Assembly (NCBI GenBank): GCA_021774435.1
Contig: JAJFJB010000249.1
Coordinates: 53-64,052 of the forward strand
Direction of reading: 5' to 3'
Length of the DNA: 64,000 bases
Source of the DNA: Alphaproteobacteria bacterium
Lineage (GTDB): Bacteria > Pseudomonadota > Alphaproteobacteria > UBA8366 > GCA-2717185
Part shown: positions 32,209 through 41,480 of the stretch, one piece after another
How the letters are laid out: each line of letters starts with the position of its first letter
Position numbering within the stretch: position 1 is the stretch's first letter
The notes under the pieces: generated by a model
Told to the model about the DNA's origin: nothing
Databases searched by the model: none
The model's input: only the letters and a program-made list of their open reading frames with translations
Made by a program: the position numbers and the translations under genes

Positions 32209-33939
32209 ATGCATGCAATGGAAGTTTTTGACCCGAGCGGCGCGACGGAGGTGCTGAAGCTGCACGCGCCACGTCTCGATACGCTTAACGGCAAGACCGT
32301 GGCGCTCGTCTCGGACGATATGTGGCAGGCACACCGTATGCTGCCTTTGGTGCGCGAGAAGCTGGAAGCGCAATTTCCCGATGCGACCTTTATCCCGGAA
32401 ACCGAATTTCCGATGGGTACGCGGGAGATGGATACCGAAGAAACCGTCGACATGCTGGAAGCACGCGGCGTCGATGCGGTTATCGTCGGGAACGCCTCCT
32501 GAGGCGCCTGCGCGACAGCATGCGGCCGTGTTGCCGCTCGTATTGAAAGCAGGGGTATCCCTACCGTTATTCTGACTCGCGAAGATTTCGTGGGTGTGGT
32601 GCGTAATTCCTTGGCTGGCCTCGGTTTCGATCAGGATGCCTCCATGGTGGTCTTTCCGATCGACCCCTTCCTGGTCGATAGCGATTTGACGCCGATCGAG
32701 AAAAAGATCGATGCGTTCAGCGAAGGCCTGACCGACTGGCAGGCCGCGACGAACGAAACCGGGGTGAAGCATCCGCCGAAAATACCGATCGAGGCCAATG
32801 GTTATGAGGCCGCCTTCGACAAAATGAACCGTCAATTCCTCGTCAACACCTGGGGTGATGGTTTGCCGGTCAATCCACCGACGCAGGCGCGAGTCGATTG
32901 GATCATGAAAGGCACCGATCTGGCACCGGACACGGTGATTGGCAAGGTCATGCCGCGGGGCGGTATTGCAACCGCGGAAACGCTCGCGATTTCCCTGGCG
33001 ATGGCAGGCGGCCGACCGGAATATTTGCCGGTTCTAATTGCCGCAACGCACTGTGTTCTCGATCCGATGTTGGAGCACGACAAGTTCCAGGCGACGTCGG
33101 ATAGCACCTTCCCGGTGGTCATCGTAAATGGGCCTATCGCGGCAGATATTCGGCTCAATTCCGGCTTCGGGTTGTTGGGCCCGGATCCGCAGCATCCAGC
33201 CGGTGCCTCCATCGGCCGTGCACTGCGGCTGATTCAGCAGAATGTTGGCGGTGCCTTGCCCGGGGTCGGTACGATGTCGATCTATGGCGCAATGCGTACT
33301 GCGAACGTTGTCTTTGCGGAAGATGAAGACGGTCTGCCGCCGGGTTGGGAACCAGTCAGCACGAACCAGAGCGGAACGCCACGCGGCGAGAATGCAGTGA
33401 CGGTTTTTGTTGCCACCGGGGCTTCCAATATTGTCCGGCGTGGCGTCGGCAAGGAAACGGCGGAAGATGAGGCCAATGAAAGCCGGTACCGTGTTGCCGG
33501 TTATCTGCGCAGCCCCACGGTACATTATCTCGATGGACATGCGCGAGGAACGCCTGGTGCGTTATTGATGCCGCGCGTGGTCGCCAAGCAACTCGCCGAT
33601 CTCGGTTGGACCAAGGAGAAAATCAAGACCTTCCTGTGGGAAAATTCGAAAATCCCGCACGAGGAGATCGTTCGCACCGGTATGCGGCAATGGATCGAAA
33701 CCAGTGTTGATCCAGAAACGGTTGCTTCGGCCAACGATGATCCTTGGTCAATTTGCAGCGACCCGTCGCAAATCATCCTCGCCGTCGCCGGGGGCGCGCA
33801 TCCGACTCATAATTTTTGGATGCAGGGAAACGCGCCAAGAGTGGCAAGCGGTTCAATCGATTTACCGCAGGATTGGCAGGCGCTTGTTGCGGAGGCCGAA
33901 GAGGATCTTGGCCCCAGCGGCGAGATGTGTGTGATCTAA
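32209..33939 (+). CDS. Predicted selenoprotein: UGSC-type UxxC domain fused to an uncharacterised C-terminal domain (576 aa, Sec at codon 98)
   Basis: GGAGG SD; in-frame TGA at 32500-32502 in VIVGNAS-U-GACATACGRVAARIESRGIPTV; the frame stays open into the 32590 ORF (offset 381 nt = 127 codons); SECIS-like hairpin follows. Confidence 0.85.
32512..32537 (+). promoter_or_regulatory. Putative bacterial SECIS element
   Basis: GCGACAGCATG-CGGC-CGTGTTGCCGC: 11-position stem with one A/C mismatch and two G-U pairs; 4-nt loop with G at position 2; 20 nt between UGA and loop. Confidence 0.7.
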
Positions 33940-33947
33940 AAACGGTT

Positions 33948-33989
33948 TTACGACTGGTTGGAACAGAAAGCAATTCCAACCAGTCGTAA
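33948..33989. repeat. Perfect 16-bp inverted repeat between convergent genes (palindromic element, likely bidirectional terminator)
   Basis: TTACGACTGGTTGGAA-N10-TTCCAACCAGTCGTAA. Confidence 0.75.
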
Positions 33990-33994
33990 TCACT

Positions 33995-34492
33995 TCAACC
34001 CGCAGCGTCCGCCACCGGTGCCGACTCCGGACTGACTGCTTTGAGCCCTGCGCCTTTCGCAGGCGACTTACCGCTTGCCGCAGCGATATCGCCGGCAATT
34101 TCGCCGCCTTCCTCGATTGTCAGGCGGCCATAGCGGATCGTGCCGGTGACATGGCCCGTTTTGTGAATGACAAGGCGGTCCCGTGCGGTTAGGTCACCCT
34201 CGAACCGCCCATGAATTTCGGCTTCATCAATCGTTGCCGCGCCCACGAAAACACCTGACGTTTCGATTTGAAGGACGCGACTGTCCATGGAAGCTTCGAC
34301 CCGGCCTTCGACGAAGAGCGTGTCGCAATCTTCAATCGCGGCACTTTTTAGGCGAATGTCAGGCCCAACCGTCAGCCGGCCTGCGGGTCCGCCGGGTTCC
34401 GGCATCGCGGGGGTGCGGCGTGATTGTCTCGCGGCATTCTGCGCGGCGGCGGTGTCTGGCCTCGCCGGCGTTTCCGTTTGCTTCTTGAACAT
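33995..34492 (-). CDS. Bactofilin (polymer-forming cytoskeletal protein)
   Basis: LTVGPDIRLK..I..CDTLFVEG.VE..., AEIHGRFEGDLTA..RLVI..TG.VTGTIRYG.L.IEEGG.I.G. Confidence 0.9.
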   Translation of the reverse strand: MFKKQTETPARPDTAAAQNAARQSRRTPAMPEPGGPAGRLTVGPDIRLKSAAIEDCDTLFVEGRVEASMDSRVLQIETSGVFVGAATIDEAEIHGRFEGDLTARDRLVIHKTGHVTGTIRYGRLTIEEGGEIAGDIAAASGKSPAKGAGLKAVSPESAPVADAAG

Positions 34493-34595
34493 GATCGATA
34501 GGCCCTCCCGAATGTTGCGTAAGCCCTAATCGATAAAAACAAAAAGCGGCGAGAAACCGAACGGAAATGCGGCAATGAAAAGGCAGTTTTTTGGC

Positions 34596-34661
34596 TTAGA
34601 TCAGATCACGATGTGTTGGAATCGCTTTTGCGATCCAAAAAAGCGTGTGAAGGTGCTCTAA
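34596..34661. repeat. Degenerate palindromic repeat element (REP/RIME-like)
   Basis: TTAGATCAGATCACG...GTTGGAATCGC-TTTT-GCGATCCAA...CGTGTGAAGGTGCTCTAA; shares TGTGAAGGTGCT with the element after lepA. Confidence 0.55.
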
Positions 34662-35449
34662 GTCCGAGGCATTGCCGCCGTCGACCCACCATCGACCGGC
34701 ATGGTGATGCCGGTGATATAGGAAGACGCATCGCCGCTGAGGAAGAGACAGGCTTTTGCGATGTCTTCGGGTTGTGCGATCCGCCCCATTGGAGAGGTGC
34801 CGGACAGGCGGTAGCCGTGATTTGCGCTCGTTTCGCCCATAAAGGGTTGGGTCATCGGCGTATCGACCGTGGCCGGCGCAATTGCATTGACGGTGATACC
34901 GCTCGACGCTAGCTCGACCGCGAGGACGCGGACCAAATGAGACAGTGCAATTTTAGACGCCGCATAGGCGCCGCTGGACGCCTTTGGCCGGATTGCGGCG
35001 GCAGAAGACAGGGCCGTAATCGATTTGCGCCGCTCTGGACCGGACTGCAAATGCGGCAGGGCTGCCCTCGCGGCAATCCAGAATCCCCGCATATTGACGG
35101 CAAAAACATCGTCAAACTCATCTTCCGCCATATCCGCGAGGGCGCCGACCCGCAGTATGCCGGACGTGAAAACCAAATGGTCGAGGCCGCCGAGTTCCGC
35201 TGCCGTCTGATTTAGCACCGCGTTCAGCATACTGCTGTCCCGAACGTCGGCTGCGGCGCAGAACGCGTTTTCCGCACCGGCCGTCTTCAATTCTTCGGCA
35301 AAGCCTTCGAGTTGGCTGGTATTTACGTCGAGCGCGGCTACCTTTGCGCCATGGGCTGCGAAGCCCAGCGCGGTTGCCCGTCCAATGCCGGAAGCTGCTC
35401 CCAACACTGCGATGGGACGGCCCTGAAATTCATTGCTATTCTCCGGCAT
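34658..35449 (-). CDS. SDR family oxidoreductase
   Basis: GAASGIG, YAASK, VNAIAP, ITGITMPVDGG; start MPENS after GGAG SD. Confidence 0.92.
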   Translation of the reverse strand: MPENSNEFQGRPIAVLGAASGIGRATALGFAAHGAKVAALDVNTSQLEGFAEELKTAGAENAFCAAADVRDSSMLNAVLNQTAAELGGLDHLVFTSGILRVGALADMAEDEFDDVFAVNMRGFWIAARAALPHLQSGPERRKSITALSSAAAIRPKASSGAYAASKIALSHLVRVLAVELASSGITVNAIAPATVDTPMTQPFMGETSANHGYRLSGTSPMGRIAQPEDIAKACLFLSGDASSYITGITMPVDGGSTAAMPRT

Positions 35450-35560
35450 CAATCTCTCCATAATGATTGCGGTGCGCACGGCATAACCGTTGATCTTCGT
35501 TAATGATATATTGTCAGGGCTAACAACGTCGAATGTCGCGCAATTTGGAGAGTCCGGGGC

Positions 35561-36436
35561 ATGTCAATCATGAATGACGGTAAACCAAAACTGGCGATTG
35601 ATATCGGTACTGAACTTGCCGAAGGGTTCGCGTTGCCGCCTGGCGGGCTACCAATCGACTTTCTCGCGGGTTTGGTCCACCCCAAGGAAAGGCGGCAATT
35701 CCATCAAAGGCACTTGTTAGACCGGTTCGATGACGAAGTTTTGCCGATCATTAGTTCCGCGCACTTGGCATGTGGCCTTCATTCGGGCGATCCGCTGGTT
35801 ATTCATCGCACCGTTGCAAAACTTGTCGAGCGTAATGTGCAGATTGGCGCGCATCCCTCCTATCCGGATGTTTTCAATTTCGGCCAGGATCGCGTAGCGA
35901 TGTCCGGCGAAGAATTAGTCTCCGTGTTGCTGTACCAATTTGGCGCATTGCAAGGCCTGCTTTCGCATTTTGACCAGTGTGTTCGACACGTGAAATGTCA
36001 TGGCGCTCTGGCCTTCGATGTTGCATATGAGGACTGGGCGTGCGCCGCGATGGTGCGTGCGATCAAACTATTCGATCCGTCAATGGTGCTCGTGGCAATG
36101 GCCGGGACCAATAGCGTTGCCCAAGCGAGAACGGCGGGAATTCGCGTGGTAGAAGAAGGGTTTGCGGACCGCGGTTATGATTCCGAAGGGCATCTAGTGC
36201 CGAGAAGTCATCCCAAAGCCCTGTTTGAAAACCCTGAAGATGCCGCGTGTCAGGTAATCGCAATGGCTCGTGAGGGTGTGATTACAACAGTCGACGGCGA
36301 CCAAATTCCGCTGCGTGCCCAAACTTTTTGTCTTCATAGCGATACGCCGTCGGCAGGCGAGTTCGCGCGCGCAATTATCCGCGCTCTTGAGATCGAAGAA
36401 ATTGGCGTAACACCGCTCTCGGGATTGGCATGGTAG
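35561..36436 (+). CDS. Divergent LamB/YcsF (5-oxoprolinase PxpA-like) family protein
   Basis: ACGLHSGDP, IGAHPSYPD, HVKCHGAL, EGFADRGY and CLHSDTP motifs. Confidence 0.85.
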   Translation: MSIMNDGKPKLAIDIGTELAEGFALPPGGLPIDFLAGLVHPKERRQFHQRHLLDRFDDEVLPIISSAHLACGLHSGDPLVIHRTVAKLVERNVQIGAHPSYPDVFNFGQDRVAMSGEELVSVLLYQFGALQGLLSHFDQCVRHVKCHGALAFDVAYEDWACAAMVRAIKLFDPSMVLVAMAGTNSVAQARTAGIRVVEEGFADRGYDSEGHLVPRSHPKALFENPEDAACQVIAMAREGVITTVDGDQIPLRAQTFCLHSDTPSAGEFARAIIRALEIEEIGVTPLSGLAW

Positions 36437-36577
36437 TGACCGCTAACGCCGGCTATGGCATTGCCGGCTCGTTTGACGATGAAATGGTTAATATGTCAGA
36501 GGCGCGACAGCATTGCGCAGGGACACTGTCGGCCTTATGTTCCGGCCAATTCTCTAGTCCTACATTGCGCATGCTAA

Positions 36578-38380
36578 ATGACTGAAACTGCTCGAATCCG
36601 AAATTTCGCGATAATCGCCCATATCGATCATGGCAAATCGACCTTGGCCGACCGGCTGATCGAACAGGCCGGCGCGATCGAGGCGCGTGATATGAAAGCG
36701 CAGCTGCTCGACTCGATGGATCTGGAGCGCGAGCGCGGCATCACGATCAAGGCGCAGACCGTTCGCTTGGAATACAAGGCGAAGGATGGCGAAACCTATG
36801 CCCTGAACTTGATTGACACACCGGGCCATGTCGATTTCGCCTATGAGGTGAGCCGGAGCCTGGCGGCTTGCGAGGGAGCGATCCTGCTGGTCGATGCGAG
36901 CCAGGGTGTCGAGGCGCAAACACTGGCCAATGTCTACATGGCGATTGAAGCGGACCTCGAGATCATCACGGTTCTGAACAAGGTCGATCTGCCATCGGCG
37001 GAACCGGACCGGATTCGCCAGCAGATCGAAGAAGTGATTGGTCTAGACGCGACGGATGCGTTGGAAATCTCCGCCAAAACCGGTGAAGGAATCGATCAAG
37101 TACTCGAAGCGCTGGTCGAACGTTTGCCGCCGCCCGAAGGGAAGGCCGATGGGCCATTACGGGCCTTGCTCGTTGATAGTTGGTACGACTCCTATCTCGG
37201 CGTTGTAGCACTGGTTCGGGTCAAGGATGGAAACCTGGTCAAGGGCCAGCGCCTGCGCATGATGTCGACCGGTGCGACGCATGAGGTTGAGCGGGTTGGC
37301 GTGTTCATGCCGAAAGGCGTGATGGTCGACAAGCTTGGGCCGGGCGAAATAGGGTTTATTACGGCGTCGATCAAGTCGGTGGCCGATTGCAAGGTTGGCG
37401 ACACCCTGACGGAAGACCGCAAGCCGGCGGAAGTCGCGCTGGCCGGGTTCAAGCCGTCTGCGCCGGTTGTCTTCTGTGGCTTGTTTCCCGTCGATGCCGC
37501 GGATTACGAAGATTTGCGTGAGAGCCTGGCGCGCCTTGCCCTGAATGATTCGAGCTTTCACTATGAAGCGGAATCGTCTGCCGCCTTGGGGTTTGGGTTT
37601 CGCTGCGGCTGCCTTGGCCTTCTGCATCTCGAAATCATCCAGGAACGGTTGGAACGGGAATTCGACCTTGATCTGATCACGACGGCGCCGTCGGTTGTCT
37701 ATCGCTTAACGATGACCGACGGGCGGGAAATTGAACTGCACAACCCGGCGGACTATCCGGACGTCGTGCATATAGAAAAGATTGAAGAGCCCTGGATCAA
37801 GGCGACGATCATGGCGCCGGATGAGTATCTCGGCGGCATTCTCGGATTGTGCACGGAACGTCGCGGCGAGCAACTGGAACTCACCTATGTTGGCGACCGG
37901 GCGATGGCGGTCTATCGGTTGCCACTGAACGAGGTCGTTTTCGATTTCTACGACCGACTCAAATCGATCAGCCGGGGTTATGCCAGCTTCGATTACGAAA
38001 TCGATGGTTACGTCGAAGGGGACCTTGTGAAGGTCGGGATCCTGGTCAATGCCGAGCCGGTCGATGCGTTGGCCTTGATTACGCACCGCAGCCAGGCGGA
38101 ACGCCGTGGCCGCATGTTGTGCGAACGATTGAAGACGTTGATTCCCCGTCAGCTGTTCAAGATAGCGATTCAAGCCGCAATTGGCGGTAAGGTGATCGCC
38201 CGGGAAACCGTCGGTGCGTTGCGCAAGGATGTGACGGCAAAGTGCTACGGCGGCGATATCACACGGAAACGCAAACTGCTGGAAAAGCAGAAAAAGGGCA
38301 AAAAGCGGATGCGCCAGTTCGGCCAGGTCGAGATACCGCAATCCGCCTTTCTCGAAGCTTTGCGGATGAGTGACGGGTAA
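36578..38380 (+). CDS. lepA: Elongation factor 4
   Basis: [58 protein letters not shown]. Confidence 0.99.
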   Translation: MTETARIRNFAIIAHIDHGKSTLADRLIEQAGAIEARDMKAQLLDSMDLERERGITIKAQTVRLEYKAKDGETYALNLIDTPGHVDFAYEVSRSLAACEGAILLVDASQGVEAQTLANVYMAIEADLEIITVLNKVDLPSAEPDRIRQQIEEVIGLDATDALEISAKTGEGIDQVLEALVERLPPPEGKADGPLRALLVDSWYDSYLGVVALVRVKDGNLVKGQRLRMMSTGATHEVERVGVFMPKGVMVDKLGPGEIGFITASIKSVADCKVGDTLTEDRKPAEVALAGFKPSAPVVFCGLFPVDAADYEDLRESLARLALNDSSFHYEAESSAALGFGFRCGCLGLLHLEIIQERLEREFDLDLITTAPSVVYRLTMTDGREIELHNPADYPDVVHIEKIEEPWIKATIMAPDEYLGGILGLCTERRGEQLELTYVGDRAMAVYRLPLNEVVFDFYDRLKSISRGYASFDYEIDGYVEGDLVKVGILVNAEPVDALALITHRSQAERRGRMLCERLKTLIPRQLFKIAIQAAIGGKVIARETVGALRKDVTAKCYGGDITRKRKLLEKQKKGKKRMRQFGQVEIPQSAFLEALRMSDG

Positions 38381-38516
38381 AGCACATCAGCATTAAACGG
38401 AACCGTTTTCGGTTCATTTTAATGCTGTGAAGGTGCTTTATTATCAATAAGATCGATCAGATTGACATGTTTGTTGCATCACTATGGGTGATTCCAACAA
38501 ACCGCGATTTGATCTA
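38378..38516. repeat. Double-hairpin palindromic element (REP/RIME-like; likely terminator of lepA)
   Basis: Hairpin 1: TAAAGCAC..CAGCATTAAA..GAACCG-TTTT-CGGTTC..TTTAATGCTG..GTGCTTTA. Hairpin 2: GATCAGAT..GTTTGTTG.ATCAC-TATGG-GTGAT..CAACAAAC..ATTTGATC. Confidence 0.7.
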
Positions 38517-38523
38517 GCGGGCC

Positions 38524-38859
38524 TTACTCGAAGCCGCTGCGTTTTCTCACCCGGGGCCTGCCGAGCCGGATGCAAATTCCGCCCAACAGCAGCAAAATTA
38601 CAAAAACGATGATGATGGCTTCCCAGACCGGGCGGGCTAAAAGATAGGGCACAATCACCGAATCCCAGAAAGCGGGCAGGTGAAGATGCCGTTGGATGAT
38701 TACCTGACTAAAATTCAGACTCGATACGTGGGCCTCAAACCAGGCCGCACCTGTTGCGCGCGTGACATCGGCGCCAAACAGCCAAATCGCCAGCCCGGCG
38801 ACGAGCGCTATCGCTGCGAGAATGATTAAAAGACGACCGATAATACGCAGGACGGCCAT
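38524..38859 (-). CDS. Hypothetical two-TM membrane protein
   Basis: Two hydrophobic helices flanking W...H.SSLN..Q.IIQR...P..W; basic C-terminus. Confidence 0.8.
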   Translation of the reverse strand: MAVLRIIGRLLIILAAIALVAGLAIWLFGADVTRATGAAWFEAHVSSLNFSQVIIQRHLHLPAFWDSVIVPYLLARPVWEAIIIVFVILLLLGGICIRLGRPRVRKRSGFE

Positions 38860-38934
38860 TGTTCAGTCCGATATTCCACTATTACTGGCGCGGAACCTAA
38901 CACGAGCGTGTGCTGTGGAAAATAGCCACTGTTC

Positions 38935-38963
38935 TTGCACCCCTAAACGTCTAGAGGTAATGT
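38935..38963 (+). promoter_or_regulatory. Putative sigma70 promoter of the tRNA
   Basis: TTGCAC-N17-TAATGT ending 14 nt upstream of the tRNA. Confidence 0.45.
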
Positions 38964-38977
38964 CCCCGCGCCCGGAC

Positions 38978-39068
38978 GGAGGGATGGCCGAGTGGCTTAA
39001 GGCGCACGCTTGGAAAGCGTGTTTAGGGTACCCCCCTAACGTGGGTTCGAATCCCACTCCCTCCGCCA
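38978..39068 (+). tRNA. tRNA-Ser(GGA)
   Basis: Acceptor GGAGGGA/TCCCTCC-G-CCA; anticodon arm CACGC-TTGGAAA-GCGTG; long variable arm; T-loop GGTTCGAATCC. Confidence 0.97.
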
Positions 39069-39094
39069 TTTTTCGCTGCTATGCGGCTTTTATA

Positions 39095-39715
39095 TCAACG
39101 CCAGGCGAAAACCGGCTGTTCCAGATGATCGACGCGCGTGTCGCGACCGAAGATGCCGACTTCGCGGAATTGATAGATCAACGCTGCTGTCGGGGCATGG
39201 ACCTTGGCGCGGGCGATGTTGAGGCGGATGAGGGGGCGGTCGCTTTCGGGAATCGAGGCGAACTCAGGTGTTTCCGGCCGGGCGAGGCGTTCCAGGGTTA
39301 CGATATGCACGCGCTCGACTTCGCCGGGTTCGGGTACGACGTTGACGGAACCGCCGGCCCACATCACGACTGGCGTGATCCGATAGCCGGACCGGGTCGG
39401 ATAATCGTCGAGCAGGCCGATGACGGAGTCTTCGCCCAGTTCGACACCCATTTCCTCGTGCAGTTCCCGCAAAGCCGCTTCGACGGAATTTTCCCCCGGA
39501 TCGACACGTCCGCCGGGCAGTGCGAACTGCCGCGAATGCGCGTTCAGCGACGCGGTTCGGCGGGTCAGCAGAAAGGCGGCACCATGCCGCGAATCGACGA
39601 CCGTTATGGCAACGGCCGCATGTGTCAGCCCGTCGTCAACGACCCGACGATCTTCGAAGCGATTGATATTTTCACTAATTTTGGTACGCAAATCGTCGTC
39701 ATAATTGTAGGACAC
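39095..39715 (-). CDS. CoA pyrophosphatase-type Nudix hydrolase (second paralog)
   Basis: LLTRRTASLNAHSRQFALPGG, ALRELHEEMG, YPTRSGYRITPVV; GTG start inferred (ORF track 39826). Confidence 0.88.
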   Translation of the reverse strand: MSYNYDDDLRTKISENINRFEDRRVVDDGLTHAAVAITVVDSRHGAAFLLTRRTASLNAHSRQFALPGGRVDPGENSVEAALRELHEEMGVELGEDSVIGLLDDYPTRSGYRITPVVMWAGGSVNVVPEPGEVERVHIVTLERLARPETPEFASIPESDRPLIRLNIARAKVHAPTAALIYQFREVGIFGRDTRVDHLEQPVFAWR

Positions 39716-39870
39716 GGTCAGGTTTGGCCTCTGAAGGGTGCAGGGGGAGCTGGCACGAATTTGTGAACACGCTACAGCCCCAGGACGGTGTGGCGCAATG
39801 TCGAAACCGGTTGTCTGGCACCCCATGAGCGCCTAAATCTCTATAATTCAGTCATTTATGCAGGTGCATA

Positions 39871-41478
39871 ATGGTTTCTGCCGCAAATACGGCGTTATCC
39901 GAACCGGCCATCCACGACGGTTATCGCGTCAGTATCGAACCGTGTGACGATCGGATTCGCGTGATTTTCAACGGCGAAACGGTCGCCGATAGTACGCGTG
40001 CCTTTCTGATGCATGAAACGCGGCTGCCATCGGCTTACTATTTTCCGTTGGAGGATGTGCGAAGCGAATACCTTCTGCGCAACGACCTCCTTACGCATTG
40101 TCCCTTTAAGGGAAACGCTTCCTATTGGTCGCTGAAGGTCGGTGATCGAACCGCCGAAAATTCGGTTTGGAGCTATGAAGACCCGTATGACGAAGCCGCC
40201 GTTATCGGCGGGTTTCTAGCGTTCGATTGGGGAGCGATGGATGGATGGTTCGTTGGCGACGAGCCCATCGCCGAACAGCCACGGAACGACGTTGCAGCGC
40301 GGGAAAATCCCTTCGTCAAATGGGTGATTGACGACGCCTGGAAGGCGACGTCGGCGCCGGACTTCGTGGCGCGGCTTGCAGCCGCACTGATAGCGGCGGA
40401 ATTTCCGGTCTGGCGGTTGCGGTTGCTGGTCCGCACACTGAACCCGCAATTGTTCGCCAACGCCTATACATGGCAGCGCGATATTGACGGGATCGACGAA
40501 TTTCAAGCGACTCACGCGGGCCTGCAAAGTGCGCAATATCGTGACAGCCCGTTCGCACCGATTCTCGCGGGAGAGGGCGGTATCCGCCGGCGCCTGGAAG
40601 GCTCAAACCCGAAGCTCGATTTTCCGATCCTCGAGGACCTCGTTGCCGAGGGCGCGACCGATTACGTCGCCATGCCGGTTAGGTTTTCCGATGGGCTGAT
40701 CAACATCCTGATCTTGACGTCGGACCGCCCCGGCGGATTCGCGACCGACGAACTGGGGCAGCTCTATGAGGTGTTGCCCGCGCTGGGCCGTCAACTTGAG
40801 GCTTATGCGCAACGGGTTTCATCGCTGACGTTGCTGCGCACCTATCTCGGCCGCGACGCCGGCGAGCGGGTCATGGACGGCCTCGTGCAACGTGGCGATG
40901 GCGAAGAGGTTCATGCGGTTATCTGGATATCGGATCTGCGCGAGTCGACGGCATTGGCGAATTCGTTGTCACGCGTCGGGTATCTTGCGGCGCTCAATCA
41001 ATATTTCGACTGCGTCGCGGGTGCGGTGATCGAAAATGGCGGCGAGGTGCTGAAATTCATTGGCGATGCGGTTTTGGCAATATTCCCGATAGACGACAAG
41101 GATGACCCGCATCCCGACGCTTGCCTGCGCGCCCTGGATGCGGTTCGCGATGCCGATCGTGCGATCGCGGACGTAAACGCCGAGAGGGAGGCAAATTCGG
41201 AGGTGCCTTTACATTATGGCACGGGCCTACACCGCGGTGACATTACCTACGGTAATATCGGCACGACCAAACGACTTGATTTTACGGTCATCGGGACCGT
41301 GGTGAATGAAGTGTCACGCATCGAATCTTTATGCAAAATTCTAGGGCAGCCGGTTCTCATGTCTTCTGCTTTTGCCCACAGTGTTTCGTCCGAACTGATC
41401 TCCCTTGGAAAGCATCAGTTGCGCGGCGTTGTGGGAGAGCAGGAGATTTTCACACTGCCGGAGTCCAAAGAGGCCTAA
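39871..41478 (+). CDS. DUF427 domain fused to class III adenylate/guanylate cyclase
   Basis: N-terminal YYFP..DV...THCPFKGNASYW...WSYEDP; C-terminal SDLRESTAL, LKFIGDAVL, DFTVIG..VN..SRIE. Confidence 0.88.
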   Translation: MVSAANTALSEPAIHDGYRVSIEPCDDRIRVIFNGETVADSTRAFLMHETRLPSAYYFPLEDVRSEYLLRNDLLTHCPFKGNASYWSLKVGDRTAENSVWSYEDPYDEAAVIGGFLAFDWGAMDGWFVGDEPIAEQPRNDVAARENPFVKWVIDDAWKATSAPDFVARLAAALIAAEFPVWRLRLLVRTLNPQLFANAYTWQRDIDGIDEFQATHAGLQSAQYRDSPFAPILAGEGGIRRRLEGSNPKLDFPILEDLVAEGATDYVAMPVRFSDGLINILILTSDRPGGFATDELGQLYEVLPALGRQLEAYAQRVSSLTLLRTYLGRDAGERVMDGLVQRGDGEEVHAVIWISDLRESTALANSLSRVGYLAALNQYFDCVAGAVIENGGEVLKFIGDAVLAIFPIDDKDDPHPDACLRALDAVRDADRAIADVNAEREANSEVPLHYGTGLHRGDITYGNIGTTKRLDFTVIGTVVNEVSRIESLCKILGQPVLMSSAFAHSVSSELISLGKHQLRGVVGEQEIFTLPESKEA

Positions 41479-41480
41479 GC

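Noticed and set aside
32209-32502. 97-aa ORF as an independent gene, or the locus as a nonsense pseudogene
   Set aside because: The TGA falls exactly at the first position of an xxC redox motif, the frame continues, and a SECIS-like hairpin follows
33937-38516. Palindromic repeats as a CRISPR array
   Set aside because: Copies are dispersed and degenerate with no regular spacers, and there are no cas genes
38762-39766. 334-aa plus-strand ORF
   Set aside because: Runs through the tRNA and antisense to a clear Nudix gene; shadow ORF
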